Source of the DNA: Anaeramoeba ignava BMAN
Taxonomy: Eukaryota > Protista > Anaeramoebae
Assembly: GCA_028826165.1 (NCBI GenBank)
Contig: JAPDFW010000147.1
Coordinates: forward strand, 62,001-126,000
Reading direction: 5' to 3'
DNA: 64,000 nucleotides
The notes under the pieces were generated by a model that saw only the letters and a list, made by a program, of their open reading frames with translations, had not been told where the DNA came from and searched no databases. Of this stretch, positions 23,536-35,678 are shown piece by piece. A program made the translations under genes and the position numbers. The number at the start of each line of letters is the position of its first letter. Position 1 is the stretch's first letter.

Positions 23536-25354
23536 ATGCAAAACTTTTTTCAAAACAAATCAAAATTAATCCTTAAACAATTAGGTTCTAGTTTAGTTCA
23601 TTCATTTTCATATAAACCAATACCTCTTGATCCAAAAACAACTCGAATTGGTTGGTGTGGGACAGGAGTTATGGTATTTTCTAAATACATTTATACAAAT
23701 TTAATATTATTAATTTTTTTCAAATTTTTTTTTGAAAAAGTCAAATTGAAAAAAAAAAAATAAATTTCGATCATTCAAAAATTTAAAAGAAATTAAAATA
23801 ACAAAAATCGAATTAAGTATTAATATAAATATTAATATAAATATTGATTTAAATATTTTGATTTAAATATTTGATTTAAATATTTTGATTTAAATATTTT
23901 GATTTAAATATTTTGATTTAAATATTAATTTAAATAATTAATTTAAATATTTTGATTTAAATATTAGATTTAAATATTTTGATTTAAATATTTTGATTTA
24001 AATATTAGATTTAAATATTTGATTTAAATATTTTGATTTAAATATTTTGATTTAAATATTTTGATTTAAATATTTTGATTTAAATATTTTAATTTAAATA
24101 TTTTTGATTTAAATATTTTGATTTAAAATTTAAATATTTTGATTTAAATATTTTGATTTAAATATTTAAAATTTAAATATTTGATTTAAAATTTAAATAT
24201 TTGATTTAAAATTTAAATATTTTGATTTAAATATTTTGATTTAAATATTTAATTTAAATATTTTGATTTAAATATTTAATTTAAATATTTTGATTTAAAT
24301 ATTGATTTAAAATTTAAATATTTAATTGTAATATTGATTAAAAGGGACTTCCTATGTGCGAACATTTAATGGATGGAGGATTTAAAAATTGTGTAGTTTA
24401 TAATCGCACACATTCAAGAACAGAACCTTTACTCAAAAAAGGAGCTAAATTAGCGAAAAGCCCATTAGAATTAGCAAAACAAACAGATATAATATTTTCG
24501 TGTGTGAGTTTCCCATCAGATGTAAGAAACATTTATTTAGGAAAAGAAGGAATTTTACAAGTTGAAGATCAACAACCACGAATTGTTATTGATATGACAA
24601 CTTCAGAACCCACATTAGCTAAATATATATATGAAAAAGGTGCTGAAAAGAATATTTCTAGTCTTGATGCTCCTATTTCTGGCGGAGATGTTGGGGCAAG
24701 AAATGGTACTCTTGCTATTTTTGCTGCTGGTGATAAACTTGCTTATGAAAATATTGAACCTTTATTGAATTTAATGGGTAAGAATGTTACTTATTGTGGT
24801 GATAGTGGAAAGGGCCAATTCTACAAAATTGCAAATCAAATTGCCATTGCCTCAAATTGTAAGAGATGAATTGAATTGAAATGAATTGAATATTTTAATC
24901 ATTTTGTTTTAATTATTTTCTTATTTTTCCTTTTGTTTAATAGTAATTGTAATCTTCAAATCGAAATCCAAAAAAGTGATTTTTATTGGAAAAAAAAATT
25001 TAACCAAATTAATAGGGAATGGTTGAATCACTAATTTATTCATATAAAGCAGGATTAGATCCTTCATTATTTATTAATGCTATCAAATCAGGAGCAGCAG
25101 CTTCATTTTCACTTTCAAATCATACACGAAGGATCCTAAAAGATGATCTTGAACCAGGTTGTTATGTTGATTATTTTGTTAAGGATCTTGGAATTGCTTT
25201 GAAAGAAGCTGAGAAACTTAATTTATCTTTACCTGGATTAAGTCTTGCTCATTCTCTTTTTGTTGCCTTATCTGCTCAAGGTTATGGAAAAAAAGGAACT
25301 CAAGCACTTATTCGAGTTCTTGAATCAATGAATAACATTAAGATTGTCAAATGA
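23536..25354 (+). CDS. 3-hydroxyisobutyrate dehydrogenase-like (NAD-dependent beta-hydroxyacid dehydrogenase) with N-terminal organelle-targeting-like extension
   Basis: Exons 23536-23673, 24345-24858, 24944-24948 (5 nt), 25016-25354. Motifs IGWCGTGVMG (Rossmann), DAPISGGDVGA, GQFYKIANQ (catalytic Lys), FVKDLGIAL. Confidence 0.9.
23845..24320. repeat. Intronic 14-mer satellite (GATTTAAATATTTT)n
   Basis: Tandem array inside intron 23674-24344. Confidence 0.93.
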
Positions 25355-25785
25355 TTCTTTCATTTTGCATTTTTCAAATGAATTTTAATTCCATTTCATT
25401 TTGAATTTTAATTTCATTTCATTTTTAAGTTGAATTTCATTTTTAAGTTGAATTTTAAGTTTAATTTTTTTTTGGTTTAGGATTTCTCAAAAAAGAGATT
25501 CATAATTTCCAAAAAAAAATAATAATAATAATAAAAAAAAGAAATTCAGTTAATCAATTTTTGTTCCACTTTTTTTAATTTTAATTTTTTTAATTGAAAT
25601 GAAAATAAAAATAAAAATAATAATAATTGAAAATGTTTCATTGTTTGGGGAAGTGTACAAAATGAAAGAAACAATTAAAAAAAAAATCATTTTGAATCTT
25701 TTGTGATAAATTCCAAACAAAAACAAAAACAAAAACAAAAACAAAAACAAAAAAAGAAAAAAAAGAAAAAAAAGAAAAAATATTT

Positions 25786-28700
25786 CTACTGTTGATCAAG
25801 TTGAGAATTTTGCTTATTATGATTTGGAAATGGTTCAATCTTGACAGAAAGATCCCAATGAACATTCTCATTTCTAATGACGGTTACACTATCAAGAAAC
25901 TGACTAATATCACTGATGAAGAGGAAATTAAACTTAACAGATTGATAAGTTTGGATAGTTTTGATGGTTGTATAAAGTCTTCTTTTTTTGGCCCAATTGA
26001 TAAGATTTGCAGACAAGAAATCAGGAAGTTCTTCGATAAAGGCGAGATCAGCAAGATAGACGCCGAGATATGGGATCAAGGGCAAGGAGCATCGAAGCAT
26101 CTTGTCTCGAAGTCTTTTATAACCGCTAAGAGCATTTGTGAGTTCGTCAAGTTGCTTGAAAATTGTCATCTGTTTTTCGGGAATGCGCTCCCACATTTTC
26201 TTCAAACGATGGATTGGCGAGATTTGCATTCCGGACATAAGCGCCATCATGTCGTTGAAGTTCTGCATCTCGAACAGACGATGCGCAATTTTGATGAAAC
26301 GTGAAACTATTTTGATTCTTTTATTATCAGTTGTTTCTTTTAGTATTTCGGTTGTTGTCCAGTCAGACAGGTTGTTGAATCGCTGGATCAATTTCACAAC
26401 GTGCGGCGCGGTTTCCTTCTTGTTCTTATCTGTCCACGCCATTTTCATGAGCTCGCGTATCTTTACTTTGCTGAATAACTTCTGTGACTGGAGCGTTAGT
26501 TGTCTCGCAAGTTCCACAACATGAATGTCCATAAAAGTTAGTTTGCGCACATCTGTTTGAGAAGGTAATTTGGGTGCTGGCGCGCGTGTTCTTACATTCC
26601 CAGCCATCTTCGGCAGAGACTTACTGCGCAATCTCCCTTGTGGTGTTTGACTCGGACTTTTTTGTCCCTGTCCCGATTTTTTCCGGTTTGTGTTTTTTTT
26701 ATCTGTTTTTTCGTCCGTTATGTTTTCGTTCATCGTCATTGCGTCAAAGTTCTTCAGTCGCGAATCCAGTGTATCGCTTTTGTGCAGTAAGAAGTTCTCG
26801 ATTTGCTTGGCTTCGAACGAGATTTGTTGGTTTGGATTCTTGTCTATTCCGTCCTTGCAAAAATCAAGAATGATCGACTTCACTGTTTTTGGCAATCGGA
26901 ATCTGTTCTTCTCGACAATCTCCTCAATCACTTTGACTACGTAGATTTGGATTATGTTTTTCGCTTCTTCCGTTATTGTTTCCAGTGTGATCGGATCAAA
27001 TTCAGGCACTTGATATCGTTCAATTAATTTGTTAATAAACGTCACTGGATCCGTTATTGTTGGTAGAAGATCCACAAACATTTCCACCGATTGAGTCGAG
27101 AAGTATTCTGGTGATGTTAGTATTTCGATGGATTTGTTGAGGGATGCTGCTTTGATTTTATCGGAAATGAGTCCTATTAAGGGTTCTTCATTGTCTGAAT
27201 CATCTATATTTAATTTATATTTATTAATTTATATTTATTAATTTATATTTATTAATTTATATTTATTAATTTATATTTATTAATTTAATTTATTAATTTA
27301 TATTTATTAATTTATATTTATTAATTTATATTTATTAATTATATATTTATTAATTTATATTTATTAATTTATATTTTTATCTATAATTTTTATTTATTAA
27401 TTTATATTTATTTTATTTTAATTAATTTATATTTATTAATTTATATTTTATCTTTTAACATTTATTAATCTATATTTATTAATTTATATTTATTAATTTA
27501 TATTTTTATTAATTCTCTTTATTTATTAATCTATATTTATTAATCTATATTTTATTAATTTTATATTTATTAATTTTATATATTTTAATCTATATTTATT
27601 AATTTATTTTTTTATTATTATTTTAATTAATTTTATTTTTATTTATATTTATATTTTTAATTATATTTTTAATTTTATTTAATCTTTATTTTTATTTAAT
27701 AATTTATATTTATTAATCTAATTTATATTTTTATTAATTAATTATATTTATTATTTATTTATTAATTTATATTTATTAATTTATATTTATTAATTTTATT
27801 AATTTATATTTATTATTTTATTTATTAATTTATTAATTATTTATATTTATTAATCTATATTTTTATTATTTATTAATTTATATTTATATATTTATTAATT
27901 TATATTTTTAATTTATATTTATTAATTTATTTTTATATTTATTAATTTTATATTTATTAATTTATATTTATTATTATATTATTTTATATTTATATTTATT
28001 AATTTATATTTATTAATTTATATTTATTAATTTATATTTATTAATTTATATTTATTATTTATTTTATTAATTTTTTATATATTAATTTATTAATATATTT
28101 ATTTATTAATCTATATTTATTAATTTATATATTTATTAATTTTTTATATTTTTAATCTTTATTTATTAATTTTATATTTATTAATTTATATTTATTAATT
28201 TATATTTATTAAATTTATATTTATTTATTAATTTATATTTATTAATTATATTTTATTTTATATTTATTAATTTATATTTTTAATCTATATTTTAATTTAC
28301 ATTATTAATCTATATTTATTATTTATTATTTATTAATTTATTTATTATATTTAATTTATTTATTTTATTTATTTATTTATTAATTTATTTTTATATTAAT
28401 TTATATATTTATTAATTTATATTTATTAATTTATATTTATTAATTTATATTTATTAATTTATATTTATTAATTTATATTTATTAATTTTATTTATTAATT
28501 TATATTTATTAATCTTTATTTATTAATCTTTATTTATTAATTCTTTTTCTTTTGGGAATTTTGTCAAGTTTACCTTTTCCTTTTTCATCACCCCAAATAA
28601 TATTCTTAAATCCACTTGCCATTTCATCCCAAAAATTCATATTTTCGGAAATATTTAAATAACTTTCTTGAGAGGAATCTGATTGGTTTTGTGGAACATT

Positions 28701-29866
28701 CTTTTTTTGTTCTTGAGTATTTTGAATCAAACCGATAAGTTTCAGAGTTGAATTAGAAAAAACACCTTGACTTGCAAGAGAAAGTCCTTTTTTAAGTGGA
28801 ACTAATTCTGAGACTATATATTGTTCTTGGTTGTTTTTTTGGTTTTCTTCTTTGCGATATTCGACATATAAAAGAACATAATTTATTTTTGTATCATTTG
28901 CTCCTTGTTTTGTAGTTTGGACCAGGTTGTAAAAACTGCATAATTCTTCAAGAACTTGATCGATATGTTTTGTAAGATCAATTAGGAGTTCTAATTTTGT
29001 TGGTTCTTTTTTTGAATCAGGAGAATTTGGAAAATATTTTGCTGGAATTATAATAGAAATATGAGCAGGTTTTGGTTGAAATTTAAGGAACATTGATCCT
29101 GTTCTCTAAATTTTATAAATTTATAAATGAATTTTAAATGAATTTTATAAATGAATTTTATAAATGAATTAAATTTTATAATTTTATAAATGAATTTTAT
29201 AAATGAATTTTAAATTTTAAATTAATTTTATACCCAAATATTTTGATGAATATAAAATAATATTTGCTTTTCTTGATTTGGATCAAGCCAAATCCCAAAT
29301 AAATGTGTATCTCTCAAAATTTCATCAATAATATTATTCTGTGACTTTGAAATAGCAGAATGAGATAAAGGAAGAAAAGTTCTCTCCTTTTTATCAGTAA
29401 CAGAAACATTGCCTTTTTCATGGAAAACAAGAAAAAGACCATAATCATTAACAGAAACCTTTTTCTTTTTGCATAAATTTTGAAGAATAGTCATGATTTG
29501 ACCAGTAGCATCAACAATCTGCTCATTATTAGTATCGGAAATCTCATTTTCTCCAACCATAATTTCAATCTGTGAAGGAGGAGCATGAACAACTTGAAAC
29601 TGGTAATTGGAATTTTCAAAAATTAAATCTTCTTTTATAAATAACTTTCCTCCTGTCATCATTTCTTCTAAATTAAATGCTGTTGAATCTGCTGAATATC
29701 CATATAATCCTAGATTTGTCATTTCCTCTGTTCTTTCTTCATATATTTTTTCTAATATGTTTTCCGTTGTGGTTGTTTTGGATACCGTTATTGTTCTTGT
29801 TTGATTGTTAAGTAATTTAACTTCAATTGTTTTTTCTTCTTGTTTTTCTTGATTGATTGATGTCAT
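25786..29866 (-). CDS. Ras guanine nucleotide exchange factor (REM + CDC25 domains, N-terminal ubiquitin-like/RA-like region)
   Basis: Exons 29866-29234, 29105-28574, 27203-25786. IKAASLNKSIEILT (REM); ELARQLTL, RFNNLSDW, NFNDMMALMSGM, PLIPYLGVYLADL, LINWAK (CDC25). Confidence 0.92.
27210..28535. repeat. Intronic 14-mer satellite (ATTTATATTTATTA)n in RasGEF
   Basis: About 1.3 kb tandem array inside intron 28573-27204. Confidence 0.93.
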
Positions 29867-30633
29867 TTTTTATATTTAATTTGATTATTTTAATTCGATT
29901 TGATTTTTTTTGGAAAATTTTGGTTTGAAATTAAATAAAGAAATTGTTTTTTTTTGAAAAGAAAAAATGAAAAAAAAAAATTAAAATGAAAAAAAAAAAA
30001 TTTTCTTTTGTTTCATAATTGCCATTTATTTTTAAATTATAAATAAATAATTTAAGTTATTTTTTTTTGCTTTTTTTTTCTTTCTCTTTTATTTATTAAT
30101 TTATTAATTAATTTATTAAAAAAAAAAAGAAGAACAAAAGGAGAGAAATCCAAAAAAAAAAAGTAAAAGTAAATAAATATAAATTTAATTAAAATTAAAT
30201 TGACTTTTACAAGATCTTTTTTTATTTTTTTTATTATTTTTAATTTTAAAAAAATTTTTTTTTTTTTCATTTTTTTATTTTTCATTTTCATTTTTTTTAT
30301 TTTTTTTAAATTAAAATGATGATAAAACATTGACACCTCTTCTGAGTGAAAATTTATTATTATTAATTATTAATAATTAATTAAATTTTCTTTTTGAAGA
30401 AAAACAATGAATAAATATCTGATTAATTTTTTTATTATAATAAAAACACAAACAAAACATACAAATATTCAATTTTAATCATAAATTTGACAAGAAAAGA
30501 TTAATTACCTTTTCAATTCAAATTTAAAAAAAAAAAGAAATTGTTTTTGTTTTTGTTTTTTTTATTAAAATTTTTTTCATTTTTTTTTTCATTTTTTTTC
30601 TTTTAATACAAACAATAATCATATAAAAATATA

Positions 30634-31357
30634 ATGGGTTGTACAGGGAGTAAGAAACAAGGTAAATTAAACTTTGTTTCAAAAACCAAAATTGAGATTT
30701 TTTATATTTAAAATATAAAAAAATTTTTTTTTTTTAATCTTAGAAAATACAAAAATTCGAGAAAGAAAACCAACAGAAAATGATTTTCAATCAAATTCTG
30801 TATCATTCTCCCCAACAACAATTAACCAACCAAAACCACAAAAACCACAAGAAAAGTATAAAAACAAAGACAAATAATTTTAAATGAAAAATTTTAAATA
30901 AATTAAAAATTCAAAATTAAAAATTAAAAATTAAAAATTAAAAATTAAAAATTAAAAATTCAGCAATCTCTCACAATCATATACAGATAAAAGATTAGCT
31001 GAAGAAGAATTTATCAATGGCATTCTTCAAAAAACTACCAAAAATATCATAGACATATCATTCACACCAACTCTCCTTGACTCTTCAGATATTCTGAGAA
31101 AAGCTACAGAATACGAGAGTCGACTTCGTAATGTTAAACCAAATCTTGAAGCATTAAAAATTTTCAATATTCCACAACCAAATGGAGATCCAATTAAACA
31201 AAAATTGCAACGTCCTTTGGTTTCTGAAGAAGAGAAAAATTTTGTTAAAGATGCTTCTCAATCTTTAAATCATATTATAACTGGAATCCATCCATTTAAT
31301 TTTGGAGATTTTGTTGTTTTTCTTCCAGAAATTGATTCAGAAAAATTAAATAATTAA
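30634..31357 (+). CDS. LAMTOR1: Ragulator subunit LAMTOR1 (p18)-like; absent from the supplied ORF track
   Basis: Exons 30634-30661, 30744-30855, 30964-31357 are in frame. MGCTGS (myristoyl/palmitoyl N-terminus), EEEFINGILQKTTKNIIDIS, RKATEYESRL and C-terminal GDFVVFLP parallel human LAMTOR1 ILAKTASNIIDVS, RARQYSTRL and ELVVQF. Confidence 0.82.
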
Positions 31358-31454
31358 TTAAATAATTAAATGTTCAATTTTTTTTTTCTTTTCTTTAATT
31401 TTTTTATGAAATAAATTTCTTTTGAAAGTTTTGAAAGAAAAAAAAAACACAATT

Positions 31455-34400
31455 TCATTTTGCTATTGGTCTCTTGTTTAAACAGGGAAAAATTTGGATT
31501 ACTGAAATGCTTTCTTCCAAATCAGATTGAGACAAATTCTCTGCAAAACAAAGAAAAGGTTCAAGTGGACGAGGATGTTTAAGTTTTCGATATTTTTTAA
31601 CTTTAGAAACATATTCAATATATCTAAAACGAATATTTTTTGGAACATGAAAATCAAATAAATTTTCATTTTCATTTTCATTTTCATTTTCAGAAATTAA
31701 TCCAAAAACACAAAATTGAGGACCAAATAATTCGCAAATTTGAGGATTTGAAGAAGCAACTCTGAAAAAACAAGGAGTGCTTTGAATATTTGGAAAGGCA
31801 TTTTGATCCAAAATTGAAACTGAAGGATGAAGAGTTTCCGAAACAGGATCACGACTCCATTTTGTGGATTGTCTAAGAGGAGCTTTCTCAAGTTGTTTGA
31901 ACTTTGATTTGAGTTTTTTCTTAAGTTTTTTAAGAGTTTGATCGTTCTTGCTTTTTTGGGAAAATTCAATTTTGGGAATTTTGACAGTTGATTTCCGAGA
32001 AGATCGAGAAGAATTGTTTGCATTTCTTTTTCTGCAACAGCAACGACAAGAACAAAGAATTAAACGGAAAAAAAGATAGCAAAAAATAGCAAAAACAATC
32101 AAAGAAAGAAAATCTGAAAGTGAAAAAGATCCACCAAAACAACCACGAGAGATTTTGCACAAAACACTGAAAATACCCGAACAACTTTCACAGCCACCAG
32201 AATCTGAGGCGACAGTAGAGTTTCCTGTATCATTTTGTCCAGGTCCATAGTCATGAATAGTAGAAGTTGAATTGAAGTAAACAATGAGTTGATCAAGAAG
32301 AGTAGCCAAGGAATCATATAAAGAAACTGTGCATTGATTTGAAGTGTCGAGTTCGTTTTGAGCATAGACATCAAGGGTAAGTGATACTTCAACGTTGGGA
32401 TACAAAGAAACCTTTTGGGCTTGAATGGGTTTTATTTGTTGAGTGCAATTTGTGACTGTAACTGTAAAATCCGCAACAACGTTTCCTGTGTTCATAACAG
32501 AAACATGCATTTTTCCGTTTTTGGATCCTGCCTCGAAATTATCGATCCATACTTCCGTTAATTCCCCAGTAGCCCGGTTGATAATGAACTGGAGTTTGTC
32601 TGCTGGTATTGTTAGTGTCACAACGCTGGATTGCATTTGGGTGTAATCGTAGAGCAAATACCGATTGTGTTCATCATCAAGATAGTAAGATTGAAATTTT
32701 CCAAAATTTTCTATGAAATAATCTCCAGTTTGTCCAAGTTGTCTTTTTGCTTCATCTGCTTGATAAAAATCATCTAATTGATTAGTCAAACAACTTCCCC
32801 TTCAAATTCAAATCAAATTCAAAATCAAAATATAAATCAAAAATAAAATCAAAATCAAAATCAAAATTAAAATTAAAATCAAAATTAAAATTCAAAATCA
32901 AAATCAAAATTAAAATTAAATTCAAAATCAAAATTAAAATTAAAATTAAAATTAAAATCAAATTTAAAATCAAAATCAAATTTAAAATCAATATTTAAAA
33001 TTAAAATCAAAATTAAAATCAAAATTAAAATTCAAAATCAAAATCAAAATTAAAATTAAAATAAAATTAAAATTAAAATCTAAATCAAAATCATAAAAGT
33101 GGAATGAATGAATAAATAAATAATTTTCTTTTACTTTGTTTTACTTACGGAGTTTTTTGACAAGCATTTGCTTCATTAGTAAAAGCCTCATAAGAAACAC
33201 CAATTTTTCCACATAAATCACCACTTAAATCAAAATGAACTTTATCAATCAACATCCAATTTTTCCAACCACCTTGAACAATAGGATTATCAACAGGAAG
33301 TCTTGGAACACAAAGATATTTTGCAGAAAAATCTGGGGCTTGTTTATAGAGACTAAAATCGCCCAAAAGCCTTGCAACAACATCACCATCATTAGTAGAA
33401 GCATCAGGATTTTCAGGTGATAAAATTAAAGTTTGATTTGAAAATTTTTGGGTTGTTGTGTTATATTCAGTAATATTCAAGGAAATATTGAAAAGTGTTT
33501 CAGGCGTTCCAATCGAATAAATAGAATAAACAAGATCCCATGAGAAACGCAAGCAATGCGCTGAGGATCCATCTCCAAAAAGTGAACATGATAGTTTTGC
33601 TCTTGTCGCTTTATCAGAAATGTGTAGTATTTGTGCTAGTGAACAAGTGCAGCAATATCCTTGACTATAAGGAACAATATTTCCATTTTCTTTAACAAAT
33701 CCGCCTTGTAACAATTTTCATTGAGAATTGATTAAAATCAGTAAAAATTGAGGAAAAATTAAATTGATCAATTTGATCAATTTCTTTAATTATTTTTAAA
33801 ATAAATCTATAATTTACAAGTTGGATCAGAAGATGTTCCATCTTTGCATTGATCTGTAATTAATCCTTTATAACTAAAATCAAAATCAAAATCAAAATTT
33901 AAATCAAAAATCAAAATCAAAATCAAAATCAATTTCAAAATCAAAATCAAAATTAAAATCAAAATCAAAATCAAAATCTAAAATCAAAATCAAAATCAAA
34001 ATCAAAATCAAAATCAAAATCAAAATTAAAATCAAAATCAAAATCAAAATTAAAATCAAAATCAAAATCAAAATCAAAATCAAAATTAAAATCAAAATCA
34101 AAATCAAAATCAAAATCAAAATCAAAATTAAAATCAAAATCAAAATCAAAATTAAAATCAAAATCAATTTCAAAATCAAAATCAAAATCAAAATCAAAAT
34201 CAAAATTAAAATCAAATTTAAAATCAAAATCAAAATCAAAATTAAAATCAAAATCAAAATCAAAATCAAAATCAAAATCAAAATCAAAATTAAAATCAAA
34301 ATCAAAATCAAAATTAAAATCAAAATCAAAATCAAAATCAAAATTAAAATCAAAATCAATTTCAAAATTAAAATCAAAATCAAAATCAATTTCAAAATCA

Positions 34401-34758
34401 AAATCAAAATCAAAATCAAAATTAAATACACAATCTCTTCAGATGGTTTTAAAATATCTCGAACATATACAACTGGATATAATGTTAATGATTCTGATTT
34501 TGAGAATGATATTTGAATTGGATATTGCAATCTTTTTGTTTCATTTCCATCTTGAACTGTATCAATCACTGTTTTTAATGATTCAGTTGAATCTTGACCA
34601 CTTTCAAGTGTTAATGTTACTACTAATTTTTCTTCACATTGCATTGTTTCATTTCCATCATTTATACATTGTTCAATTTGACTTGAAGCAAGTAATGAAC
34701 TTTTTACTAATTTTATAATTAAAATTCCTAATAAAAATACTTTAACTAAATTTTTCAT
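31455..34758 (-). CDS. HAP2: HAP2/GCS1 gamete fusogen (class II fusion protein)
   Basis: Exons 34758-34430, 33873-33818, 33704-33149, 32799-31455 splice into one open frame: signal peptide, CEEKLVVTL, DPTCG...SQGYCCTC, TRAKLSC..SSAHCLRF, CGKIGVSYEAF, GSCLTNQL, a TM helix and a Cys/basic cytoplasmic tail (CSCRCCCRKR). Confidence 0.95.
33875..34425. repeat. (AAAATC/AAAATT)n array filling HAP2 intron 1
   Basis: Hexamer array. Similar arrays lie at 32805-33090 (intron 3) and 34880-35450 (upstream of HAP2). Confidence 0.93.
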
Positions 34759-34879
34759 TTTTTAAAAAAAAATAAATTACTTTTTTTTTTAAAAAATTTT
34801 TTGTTTTTAAAAAAGTGGGAAAAAAAAATTTTTTTTTTGGATCTTTTGATCTCATTTCCAAATTTTGAAATTAGATAGA

Positions 34880-35450
34880 AATCAAAATCAAAATCAAAAT
34901 TAAAATCAAAATTAAAATCAAAAATTAAAATTAAAATTAAAATCAAAATCAAAATTAAAATCAAAATCAAAATTAAAATTAAAATTAAAATCAAAATCAA
35001 AATTAAAATTAAAATTAAAATTAAAATTAAAATTAAAATTAAAATCAAAATCAAAATTAAAATTAAAATTAAAATCAAAAATCAAAATCAAAATCAAAAT
35101 TAAAATCAAAATTAAAATCAAAATTAAAAATTAAAATCAAAATCAAAATCAAAATCAAAATCAAAATTAAAATCAAAATTAAAAATTAAAATCAAAATTA
35201 AAATCAAAATTAAAATTAAAAATCAAAATCAAAATTAAAAATTAAAATCAAAATTAAAATCAAAATTAAAATCAAAATTAAAATTAAAATTAAAATTAAA
35301 ATTAAAATTAAAATTAAAATTAAAATTAAATTTAAAATTAAAATCTAAAAATTAAAATTAAAATTAAAATTAAAATCAAAATCAAAATTAAAATTAAAAT
35401 CTAAAATTAAAATTAAAATCAAAATCAAAATTAAAAATTAAAATCAAAAA
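34880..35450. repeat. (AAAATT/AAAATC)n array between HAP2 and syntaxin
   Basis: Hexamer tandem array in the divergent intergenic region. Confidence 0.93.
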
Positions 35451-35678
35451 GTCCAAAAAATAAAATAAGGAAAAGAGGAAAAAAAAAATTAAATGAAAAA
35501 TTTTCCAAAAACGTTTTCTTTTTAATTCCAAATTTAATTTTTTAATTTAATTTTCCTTTTTTATTTTTTTAATTAACCATTTTAAAAAAAAAATTTAAAT
35601 TCATTTTTTTTTTCATTTTTTTTTTAAAAAAATTTTTTTCTTTTCTTTTTCTTTAAAAAACAAATTTCTTTATTAAAA

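Noticed and set aside
25792-27027. Plus-strand ORFs antisense to RasGEF (and similar ones opposite 48313-52835)
   Set aside because: Shadow ORFs arising from locally higher GC; no recognisable protein features.
25786-27203. GC-rich segment as horizontal transfer or contamination
   Set aside because: It is a seamless exon of a eukaryotic RasGEF, and similar GC rises occur within other long exons.
33875-35450. Telomeric or interstitial telomere repeats
   Set aside because: The units (AAAATC/AAAATT) lack G-runs, are heterogeneous, and occur in introns and spacers throughout the window.
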